A stretch of DNA of 64,000 nucleotides from Octopus vulgaris (Eukaryota), in the NCBI GenBank assembly GCA_951406725.2, contig OX597830.1, positions 43,462,001 to 43,526,000 on the forward strand, read 5' to 3'. Positions 39,793-50,495 of the stretch are shown piece after piece. The position numbers and the translations under genes are program-made. Below the pieces are notes generated by a model that did not search any database, was not told the DNA's origin, and saw only the letters and a program-made list of their open reading frames with translations. Position 1 is the stretch's first letter, and every line of letters begins with the position of its first letter.

Positions 39793-41644
39793 CATTAATT
39801 ATTACAAAGTAATTCTGAAGGATCCACAAATGACCCCTTAATGATAGGACAATGATATTACTTTTTTTGCTCCCCCCAAAATGAGGAAATGATAATCCTT
39901 ATTCTTTTACTGGTTTCAGTCATGCTGGAGCACCACCTTTTAGTCGAGCAAATCCACCCCAGGACTTATTCTTTGTAAGCCCAGTACTTATTTTATCAGT
40001 ATAATTTGCCAAACCAATAAGTTAAGGGGACATAAATACACCAGCACCAGTTGTCAAGCAATGGTGGGGAGACAGACACACACACTCACACAAATATATA
40101 TATACACACACATGACAGGCTTCTTCCAGTTTCCGTCTACCAAATTCATTCACAAGGCTTTGGTCAGCCTGAGGCTATAGTATAAGACACTTGTCCAAGG
40201 TGCCAGGCAGTGGGACTGAACCGGGAACTACACAGCCACACCCACACCTATATATACAAAACATAAATATCAAAAGACAGAGGTGAAGGAACAACAAACA
40301 GGGTGTATTAGTTTGACGCTCAAGAAAAATGAAAGATGTCTTTGACATTTCGAGCCTATGCTCTTCTAGAGAATGCAATGAGGAAAGAAAACAGATAGAG
40401 AGCAGTAAAAAAAACAGGTCCACCATAAATGTTTCCTGCTTCATCCAAAGGCACCCAAGTTATATCTATATACACACAACAGGTTTCTTTCAGTTTCCAT
40501 GTACCAGATCTACTCAGAAGGTTTTGGTTGCCCCAAAGCTGTATAGAAGATACTTACCTATGGTATCCCACAGTGGAACTGAACCCAGAGCCATGTAGTT
40601 GGGAAGCAAATTTCTTACCACACCTATACTAAATTTCCCTGCAAAACTTGTGCATAGACCCAGCACCACCACCAATCAAGGGGTACCTGTGAAAGTAATA
40701 GGCCCTGCATCTCTCCTTTAAATTAAATAAATCATAACATTCCTTAGGTTAGTTACCTGCCCTCACTATTGAAACCTTGTAGCTCAGTAATGTACCATTG
40801 ACGACCTTTCTTTGTTGTTTCATGTTTCTCAGGCAGAATTCATTTGAGTTTCTTACAGCTCAATATTCTAACAGTTAGAAGCCACTAGCTGAGGTACCTG
40901 TTAAAAAATTAACATTAATATGATGTCTGTTTATAGCCATGAAACATTTTTCATCAAATTTTGACATTTTTCAATAATTTTAAATTTATATTAATGGGTA
41001 GGACCAATTTGATGTAAAAACGAGCAGTCTGGTAGCAAACCCATGTTGTCATTTTTGTGCATGTGCGTAAAATGGTGAAATTTTACGCTTTGGGGTAGAT
41101 TTCATCAAATTGATGTCACGACGGCTAGTATGCAAAATGCCTATATTTTGCTTCCTGAAACGCTGTGGAATTAAAACAACGAATTGAAATAATAAGTTTT
41201 GGCAAATCAAAACAATTCACATTGGAATGAAGAATTAGCAAATGCTAAATAGATTACCGTTAATAAGTTGTATGTTTATACCCACGCAACACTTTTCGTC
41301 AAATTTTGTCATTTTTCATCACATTGATGTCACAATGGCTAGTGCGAAAAATGCTGGAATTTTACAATTTTTGAAAAATCGATGCTGATTAAGAATTGAT
41401 TTTTTAAAAATTCAAAGTGTGTAAGTGACCACATAGGCATAAGTCCTACACACGTGTCAAGTTTCATGAAGGTCTGTTGGATAGACTTGGAGGAGTTAAA
41501 GTATCAAATTCACAAACACATAAACTTGTCATTTATTATTATAAATTTCATGTAGAAGCATATGCACACATGCAAGTACGCATGCACTCACACACACACA
41601 CAGATTACCATATATGTAACTATGATTTTATTTTTATTTTGTAG

Positions 41645-41704
41645 GCTGATATTGCTCCTTTGATGGCTTCGTTGATAGGTGTCCCCTTCCCAAAGAACTC
41701 CGTG
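41645..41704 (+). CDS. PIGN: PIGN coding exon 9
   Basis: 60 nt; ADIAPLMASLIGVPFPKNSV; donor GTAAGT. Confidence 0.95.
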
Positions 41705-42128
41705 GTAAGTTTGTTTCATCCTCTTCTTCCTCCATTCACTCCACACAATATCATCATCATCATTTGATGTCTTCTGCTCCATGCTGACATGGGTTGGACA
41801 GTCTGACATTTGCTATGAGTTCAAGGATATATTATTGGTTCATTCTCACTCTCCCTTCCAATCCAAGAAGCCTTGTGGCTCTTCTGCAACAAGAACCTAT
41901 TTAACCCAAATCTTTTCTCTCGTACTTTGACCTCCACTTAGCACAAAGCTCACCACCACCACTCTGATTTTGTAGACTTATGAGCTGCATGGTGGCCCAC
42001 ACTAGTGCCAGTGAGAATGAACCAGTAGTATCTTGACAGAGCAAAATCATAGGGATAATGAGGTGTCCTTTATTGGCTCCAACCTACTGTTAATGGAGAC
42101 ATGCTTTATTCTGCTGCCACTATGTATA

Positions 42129-42425
42129 TCTTTATATATAAAAGTGAAGTTGTGTGTCTGTCTCCTACGATTTAGATTCCTAACTACTCCCACATTTTGC
42201 GGTGCAGTTTAACCAAAAGCGGGTATCTTATAGTCGTGATTCATATCAAGCCCTTCTGGGTATTAGTGCGCATCTACGATGAGTATACAATTTTAAGAAA
42301 AATTTACCATAATTTTTTCCCATTTTTAATGCATTTTTTGCTATTATATAAGGGAAGTAACTCTCTAAAAATGCTTATATAGTTATTTCCCTTACAAACC
42401 TGAGCAACGCCGGGCGATACTGCTA

Positions 42426-42426
<1 letters not shown>
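42129..42426 (+). mobile_element. Non-autonomous Helitron
   Basis: A|TC start (TCTTTATATATAAAAG) and a 3' GC-rich hairpin (CCTGAGCAACGCCGGG) followed by CTAG|T. Confidence 0.78.
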
Positions 42427-42460
<34 letters not shown>

Positions 42461-43000
42461 TACATACATACACACACAAGGAGAGAGAGAAAACTATTCA
42501 TATAGATCATATATGTGTGTTTATATATGTTGTTCACACACGCGCATACACATATATACTAAACTGACCTTGCCTGTGCTGGTGCTATTTAAAAAGCACT
42601 CAGTCCACTCTGCAGAGTGGTTGGTGTTAGAAAGGACATCCAGCCGTAAAAATCCTGCCAAAACAGACACAGCTTGGGGTAGTCTTCTACCTGGCCGGCT
42701 CCTGTCAAACCGTCCAACCCATGCCAGCATGGAAAACGGACATTAAACAATGATGATGATGATATACACAACACACGTACACACATTATGTGTTATCTTT
42801 AACTGTCTGCCCACTTTATCACACTGGCTTGAGGTGAACGGGTTTTCAAAAACCAAGTCAACTCTTATTCAAAGTGTGTGTGTGTGTGCATGCATGCACA
42901 GTTATATTTTTCTTTTGTTATCTTTTAGTTATGCTTCATACTTGAAATTAATGCTCATTACATTAAGAATTCAGTTCTATATTTAAGAGACGATGAATTA

Positions 43001-43383
43001 TGTACATTATTTACATTTGACGGATATTTGTCCTCATCTTGTTTGTTGTTAACACGTTTCGTCTGATATATCCTCCAGCCTTCATCAGGTGTGTTGGGGA
43101 AATTTCGATGATGTTATTATTATTATTCGGATCACTGCCTGGAATCGAACTTTGAATCTTGGAGTTAGTAGCCCGCGCTCTTAACCACTTCGCCATGGGC
43201 ATGTGGGCTATTAATCCCAAGATTCCGAGTTCAATTCTAGGCAGTAATAATAACAACAACATAGAAAAGACCTTAAGAATGAGAACCCAGGTTTGAAATT
43301 TCCCCAAGACACCTATCAGCCGAAACGTGTTAACAACAAACAAGATGAGGACAAATATCCACCAGATGTAAATAATGTACATT
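43001..43383. mobile_element. Head-to-head pair of tRNA-headed, hammerhead-tailed repeats
   Basis: The ends are inverted (tacattatttacatttgacggatatttgtcctcatcttgtttgttgttaacacgtttc vs gaaacgtgttaacaacaaacaagatgaggacaaatatcc..gtaaataatgta). A tRNA-like head (A box GGCGAAGTGG, B box GTTCGATTCC) is on the minus strand at about 43130-43196. Related copies at 8115-8355, 26125-26225, 46360-46660, 53070-53240. Confidence 0.7.
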
Positions 43384-43416
43384 AAGAATTATCTTTTTTT
43401 TTTTTTGTTGTTACAG

Positions 43417-43509
43417 GGAAAATTACCTCTAGAATATCTGAGTGGTGATCTTGGTTATAAAGCAGAGAATCTACTTACCAATGCTAAACAAATCCTTGCC
43501 CAGTACACA
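43417..43509 (+). CDS. PIGN: PIGN coding exon 10
   Basis: 93 nt; GKLPLEYLSGDLGYKAENLLTNAKQILAQYT; donor GTAAGT. Confidence 0.93.
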
Positions 43510-43556
43510 GTAAGTTTGATTTCTATCCTAGCACCCCCACTCAGCCCAAAACAATA

Positions 43557-43598
43557 TCTGTGTATCGTGATTTCTGGGTTATTTCCTTTCATCAGCAC
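43557..43598 (-). ncRNA. Inverted copy of the same hammerhead-like motif
   Basis: Minus strand GTG-CTGATGA-AAGGAAATAACCCA-GAAA-TCACGA-TA-CACAGA. Confidence 0.65.
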
Positions 43599-43779
43599 CA
43601 GGACTGCTATGTTATGTTGGCAAACAATCTTTACTCCAAAGTACTGTTGCTGAATATTTCACTTTGTGAGATTTACAAATAGTAATTTTCTAATTTATAG
43701 ATCAGTGACTAGTTGTCACTTTGAAAACTATATATTTTGAACGAGAATTTGGCAGCACCACCTCTAGCCGAACAATTAT

Positions 43780-43824
43780 TCTGTGCTGATGAAGGGAAAA
43801 AACCCGGAAATCGTAATACACAGA
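43780..43824 (+). ncRNA. Minimal type I hammerhead ribozyme-like motif
   Basis: TCTGTG-CTGATGA-A-GGG(AAAAAA)CCC-G-GAAA-TCGTAA-TA-CACAGA: stem I, core, stem II, GAAA and UH site; predicted cut after 43818. Confidence 0.75.
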
Positions 43825-44681
43825 TATTGTTTTGAGCTGAGTTGGGGTGCTAGATTCCCTTGTTCGAAATATAAGGACACAGATCGTGTTGTATTGCCAG
43901 CTGGAGACAATGTCTCCTGGGGCTAAATTACAGCAACATTTGTCCTAAACCAGGACTGCCATGTTATGTTGGCAAACAATCTTTACACCAACGTACTGTT
44001 GCTGAATATCTCTTGTGAGATTTACAAATAGTAATTTTCTAAAATAGATCAGTGACTAGTTGTCACTTCGAAAACTGTATATTTCGAATGGGAATTTGGC
44101 AGTACCACCTCTAGCCGAACAATTATTCTGTCCTAAACCAGGACTGCCATGTTATGTTAGTAAACAATCTTTACTACAAATAAATACCAGTTGCGCACTG
44201 AGGTCAGTCTAATTGATTTATCCCCTCCTCTGAAACTGCTGGCCTTGTGCCAAAATTCAAAATCAATATTTTTCTATTATGATGATGATGATGCAGCAAG
44301 ACCAGAGCTAAGTTTCCATTGTATTTTCCCTGTCTATGGACTAGCTGTCCTATAGTTGCTGAGAAATGAAGACTGCCTGTATGGCAAACTATCCGTCCTC
44401 TATGCCACTTTGTCTGGTGGTACTCTACAAAGTTCACAGCCATGTAATCTTGTAAGACTAAAAAAAAATGCTTCATTTCCCCCTCCCTCTCTCCCTCTCT
44501 CTCTCTCTCTCAAATTAAACATTCTGCCATGTTATTCTTTACCAAATTTCAATATCATCAAACTAGAGTTCTCTGAATGTTTAAACTTCTAAGCAACTCT
44601 TTTCTTTCATTCCACATTTTCAATTCCCATTTTGTCCTTTTTTATCCTATTCTTACCTGATGACAGTGTTTTTCATTTTAG

Positions 44682-44737
44682 GTAAAGATGATGCTTGCCC
44701 AAAATACTTCTCTTTCCATGACATTTAAACCATTCAG
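44682..44737 (+). CDS. PIGN: PIGN coding exon 11
   Basis: 56 nt; VKMMLAQNTSLSMTFKPF(S); donor GTGAG. Confidence 0.9.
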
Positions 44738-44788
44738 GTGAGATAAAATATATTGTATTTTTCTACCACTATCATCATAATCCTCATT

Positions 44789-45010
44789 TAACCCTTTTGT
44801 TACTGTATTTCTGTTGAGATGCTCTGTGTTTCTTTCAATTAATTTTAAATGTAACAAAGAATTTAGTAAAATAACTTAGTTATCATTAAGCTAGTGTTAG
44901 GAACATAAATTGTGACTAAGGTTTGGTGGAAGATTTTCATTCAAAACTTATGAAAACAAGACATTTGTACACAGAGCCAGTTTCAGCTGGGTTGGTCACG
45001 AAAGGGTTAA
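44789..45010. mobile_element. TTAA-flanked piggyBac-like MITE
   Basis: TTAACCCTTT ... AAAGGGTTAA; the same family is in the opposite orientation at 4877-5104, with a partial copy near 26940-27085. Confidence 0.72.
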
Positions 45011-45776
45011 CGCCTGTTTTCCATTCTGGGCAGTTTGCCAGGTCAGAAGACTGTGCCAAGCTCTACTACCTGCTTTGGTAAAATTTCTACAGCTGAATTC
45101 CTTTCCAAATGCCAACCACTTGCAGAGTGTGCTGGGTGCTTTCTACATGGCACCAGCACAGGTGTTTTTTTCATGACACCAACATCTAGGAAAGATCTTA
45201 CATGTTCCTTTGTAGAGAGAGAGAGAGAAATTTAAAAAAAAACGGTTTTACCATTTCTCCAGAAAAGGTATCATTGTTGTGTGCGTTGAGAACATTCCAA
45301 ACTGATGGCGGATACCTTGCTAGGCTATTAACTTCAGTTTGAAATTTTTCACACATTTTACATTACAGCTGATCAACATTCATTATCATCATTTAACGTC
45401 TGTATTCCATGCTAGTATGGGTGGGACAGTACCACAAGAGCAGGCCAGGCTGAAGCCTGTACCAGACTTCTGTGACTGTTTTGGCAGAATTTTTACACCT
45501 ACCACTCAGCAAAGTGGACTATATACATATAATACATGTGTCTGTGCATATATGTATGGATACACATGTACATATATATATATATATATGCATGTATATA
45601 TACACATGTATGCGTGCAGGTGTGTGCGCATTGAAATAGGGAAAATGTAAATCTTGTTAGATGCTTAGTATAAATTAATGTTATAGTGTTTAACGAAGTC
45701 TTTTAGTAGATATTGTATACTTGATTTCATTGAGGAATTTTCAAATAATATTTTTTTTCCTTTCCATTTCTTTCAG

Positions 45777-45798
45777 TGAATTAACCTCTTCAATACAG
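45777..45798 (+). CDS. PIGN: PIGN coding exon 12 (22-nt microexon)
   Basis: Long pyrimidine tract plus tttcag acceptor and donor CAG|GTAAC; encodes (S)ELTSSIQ. Needed to join phase-2 exon 11 to phase-0 exon 13. Confidence 0.82.
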
Positions 45799-47356
45799 GT
45801 AACTATACACATTATCAATGATAACTACCTCTGAACTTATTATTTTTAACCTCTCAGTAAATTAAAGATTGGGAATAATATTTAGACAAGGGTTTAAATC
45901 AATTGATTTTATCCACAACAAATGGTACTTTACTTCACATATATTGTTCAGTTGTGTCTTCACGTCATTAACTGCCATACATCAGAGCATTTTATAGGAC
46001 ACCAGTGCCATAGATTTGACCATATTGACCTTCAGGCTATTTACCTTGTCCAGTCTTCATCGTCATTACTTAATGTCTATCATCTTCCACGCTGGCACAG
46101 ATTGGACAGTTTGACAGGAGCTGGATGTCTTAAGAAATTAGACTAGTGGCTCAACCATTTTTTTACCTATGGACTCTTTGATTCCTATTTCATTTGGGTG
46201 GACTCTCATAACCATTCCATGTTTAAAAAAATCTTGTTACACATTTATAATTAAATGTTAGGAATTGTATAAAAATAATTAAAATATTTTGCATATTGTA
46301 GGAGCATAATCAATTTATTGCAGATAAACAACAAAATCTTATATGTTCTGAGGAATTCTGTCCATTATTTACATTGGAGGATATGTGTCCCCATCTTGTT
46401 TGTTGTTACAATTTCTCAGAGGCACATACCATAATGGTTAACAGTACTAATCCCAAGATTCTGAGTTCAATTCCAGACAGTACCTTGAATAAATAATAAT
46501 AATAGCATCAGTAAAAAAATACCTTAAGAATGAGAACCCAGGGTTAGGTTCAAAATTCTACCAGTACACCTGATGAAGGCTGGAGAGTAAATTAGCCAAA
46601 ATGTTGTGGTAACAACAAACAAGATGGGGACACATATCCGTCCAATATAAATAATGTAAAGTCTTATATGGACTCTTAAGGGCCATGTGGACCCCAGTTG
46701 AAAACCACTTAGCTAGACTTTGAAGTAGGAAACAAGTGATTTGTGACATGTAATCTGGCCCTTATTTCATCCCAGGAAATTTGAAGGATTACACTGAAGG
46801 AGAGGAATCTTGAGCAAAGGACCTTTAATTTCTCACTAAGGATTCTGCTAGTCCTAATTTTATTTTTAATTCTCTCTTATGCAATTCAAGTATTTCCCAC
46901 AAACTACCCAACTATACTACTCAGTAATTAATGGTTTTCACTATTAAATCTTTTGGAATAAATAAATATTTCACTGCAATAAATTTTTCTTTTGGAATGC
47001 GCTTGGTTTAGGGGTTAGGATATTCAACTCACAATTGTAAGGTCATGAGTTCAATTCCCAGCGGCTTGTTGTGTCCTTGAGCAAGACACTTTATTTCTCA
47101 TTGCTCCAGTTCATTCAGCTGGCAAAAATGAGCTGTACCTGTATTTCAAAAGGACCAACTTTTTCACATTCTGTGTCACACTGAATCTCCCTGAGAACTA
47201 CATTGTCTGTGGAGTTCTCAGCCACTTGCATGTTAATTTCACAAGCAGGCTGTTCTATTGATGGATCGGGACACTTGTTGTAACCAATGAGCTTTAAGAC
47301 TTTTGATGCTAATATAGGTGCAAGAGTGGCTGTGTGGTAAGAAGCTTGCTTCCCCA

Positions 47357-49323
47357 CGCATACATTGGTCAGTGTTTTTTTTTTTTTGCACTGCTAGGAG
47401 TCACGACGCCATACACCAATGTCGTGAATTATTGAACAAGTGAAGCACAGCTACAAGATAAGACATTTGTTTTTTGGGGGCGGATTCAGTGGGGGTTTCT
47501 TGCTCATGTTTATTTATTTTGTCGAACAAGAAATTTCCACTGAGTTCCAGACATTTGTCTGCCTGAAGTTGTGTTTAGAGTCTCACTTAGCGGTGAGAAG
47601 TGTGTTTTGGGGGCGTATCCCTCCTCCTATAATTGAGAACATTGTGCTTATTTTTTACCCATTTTTTGGTGAAATTGTTGTGTGGCTGTTTTGTGCCCTG
47701 GATTACCAAGAGGATTACCGAGTTGGCCAGGAGTACCAGGACGGCCAGAGGAATAGTTTGCTGTGTTTTTGAACTGTTTCTTGTTTTCTTCCTTCCTGCA
47801 TTTTTGTTCTTTTTTTAACTCTTTGAACTTTTGGTTTTCTGTGAACTTTTTTTCAAAAAAACATGGCAAAAACGATGAATAACACTGCATTGGAGTGGGA
47901 GATTGTCCCACCCAAACAGTGGATGAAAGACTATGAAGAGAGGACGGTGGTGATAAGGACTTACTCAAAGTCAATTGACACCATTGCCCTCTTTAAAAAT
48001 TGAAAAAGAGTTGGCAGAGTATTTACCAACTATTAAATTCATCTCAAGCGGAGTCCATTATGCAACGGTGTGGGTGCTATTTGACACTTCTGAGGAGGCA
48101 TGCAAATTTGCAAGCCATCCCTTAGAGGGCAAAGAGATTTTGTTTCTTCCCACGTATTGTGGGAAGAAGTTGACAAGAGTTTGTGTCTGCAGGTTGCTAC
48201 CCGGATAGAAGACACTATCCGCCGGGGTCTGGGTGGCAGTGGATCCAAGCTGCTTAATGCTAAAATTTTGCCAGCGGCTGATTGGGTTGGGTCAAAACAG
48301 CGAAGAATCTGGTATTTCCAGATTTTTTGAAAATGTCCGGTACCCAGTGATACTTGAGGGACACCCCCACCCCACCCCCACCACAAGTGACACCTGTGCC
48401 TGGAACCAGGCCACATTAAAATGAACTGTCCCCAGGACAAGAGTAGGCTCCTGGAACAGTTGGTTGAGGAAGAGCTTCCCTCCTCCTCTTCCGGAGGGAG
48501 AGATGGAGGCAGTTGAGGAAGTAGAGACCTCCCTGGAAAATATGGAAGAAGGACCCCAAAGCTGCAAGAGGGAGGGATGATCCTCCGGTTAAAGCAGAGG
48601 AACCACCCCCTCCCGTATCAAAGACGAGAAAAAGAATGGGACTGTGCCAGCAGTTAGCAGTACACTGCCGGCATGTCCTGAAACCTTGTCGGTGGGAATT
48701 GTGCCACCGATGGAGGAAACTGTGGCCCCTCCCAGTGTAATAAATGAGGAATTTGTGATCTTTCTTAAGGCAGGGACCATAGAGAACTTTGTGAGGAATC
48801 TGGAAGGTCAGGAAGAGGAGGTCCTGTCCTACACTGAAAGCCTGGATTGGCCTCTGCATGTGGCTGCGGAGGTCATGGTGGAAAATGATTTCTACAGGAT
48901 GGTGGATTCCTTTACCAAGGATGAATACAATTATCTCTTATGGGACCCCGACTTGCGACTGCAGGCAGCAAGAGACTTAGTTGGGGAGGTTGAGTAAGAG
49001 GTCTTAGTGCCTCGATTTGAACTTGGTGATTTTGGTAAGAGTCTTAGTACCTCAAGTTGAAAGAACGATTGAATATATTTGCTGAACTTTTGTGAGATTT
49101 GATTGGTAAGAGGCTCAGCGCCTCAATTTGTTATTATTGTATGAGGTTCATCACCTCATTTGTGTTGTTTAAAAAAGAACAATGTTATCAGGAAGTAACA
49201 ATCGGTGGGTATTGTCTCCTTTCCCCAACAACCATCATTTTCATTCCATCATCATCATAGTGTCTGTGTCCAGTCCGCAAGCTTCCATCTGTATTACGCT
49301 TTTATGGCAAATGTAATGAAATA
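47357..49323 (+). mobile_element. ~2-kb element with decayed ORF1-like sequence and no RT, inserted into a SINE head
   Basis: The SINE breaks at 47356 and resumes at 49324 with an imperfect ~17-bp duplication. Internal frames (VLFDTSEEACKFASHPL..LFLPTYCGKKLTRV) loosely resemble Tx1/L1 ORF1; the element ends in AATAAA. Confidence 0.6.
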
Positions 49324-49462
49324 AAGAAGTTCGCTTCCCAACCACATGGCTCTGGATTCCATCCCACTGCATGGTACCTTTGGCAAATGTCTTCTACCAT
49401 AGCCTTGGATCAACCAAAGCCTTGTGAGCGGATTTAGTTAACAGAAACTGAAAGAAGCTTGT

Positions 49463-49507
<45 letters not shown>

Positions 49508-49700
49508 TGAGTTACCATGATAGATCGTTAGCCACTACAAACATTTTTTTCTCTCCTTGTTTTTTTCTGTGTCCCTTTCTGTAGAAGAGCATAGGCTCGA
49601 AACGTAAAAGACTTTTTCTATTCCTGAGCATTATACTAATACATCTGTTTGTTTTGTACACCACCTGTCTTCGTCTTTTGTTTTTTTCGTAAACTCTCCT

Positions 49701-49739
<39 letters not shown>

Positions 49740-50038
49740 TACATGTATGTATGTTTTTTCGTGTTTTTTGCTTTCCCCCCCCCCACATTGCTTGACAACC
49801 GATGTTGGTGTGTTTATATCCCCATAACTTAATGGTATGGCAAAAGAGATTGATAGAATAAGTACTAGGCTTACAAAGAATAAGTCCTGGGACTGATTTG
49901 TTCGACTAAAGGTGTTGCTCCAGCATGGCCGCAGTAAAATGACCAAAACAAGTAAAAAGGAATAGGATGAGAGTGTTTAATGTGGTTTATGTAAAATCAG
50001 AATGTGACTTCCTATGAAAAATATTCTTTACATTTCAG

Positions 50039-50095
50039 GCCGAGAAAATTCAACATATTCAGAATCTTATCTATGCTGGCCAATATGAAGAAGCA
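50039..50095 (+). CDS. PIGN: PIGN coding exon 13
   Basis: 57 nt; AEKIQHIQNLIYAGQYEEA; acceptor tttcag, donor GTAAGT. Confidence 0.87.
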
Positions 50096-50495
50096 GTAAG
50101 TTATTTTGATTTCTTTCTAATAAAACACATTTTCCTCTTCGTAATTTCTTTCTTTTTTTTTTTCAATGTCTACTTTTCTATGCTTGCATGAATGAGATAA
50201 GGGTCTGTTGGAGCAGAATTTTCTGCAACCAGATGCCTTACCTGTCACCCACCTTCACATGTTTCTAAGGGAACTAATGATCTCCCAGTCTATAAAAGAT
50301 GAAACAACTTGAACATGTTTTGCATGTGGAACTGGGAACAAGCAACACTGGATGAATGAGCCTTTTGTTTACAGAGATCACACAATGTCATGACATTTCA
50401 ATAAGCCATTGTTGCAAACAATGGCTTTTACAATCAGCAAATGAATACTCTAGGAAATATGAACTCACTCACATACACACACACACATATACATA

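Larger units (their letters stand above)
43528..44180 (+). mobile_element. Penelope-type / retrozyme-like tandem repeat with inverted 5' copy
   Basis: The CCAGGACTGC.. unit starts at 43598, 43950 and 44138 (first period 352 nt). 43528-43598 is the reverse complement of 43783-43853. Confidence 0.7.

Noticed and set aside
40630-41550. Possible minus-strand Helitron-like element
   Set aside because: The composition is suggestive, but the termini are too degraded to call.
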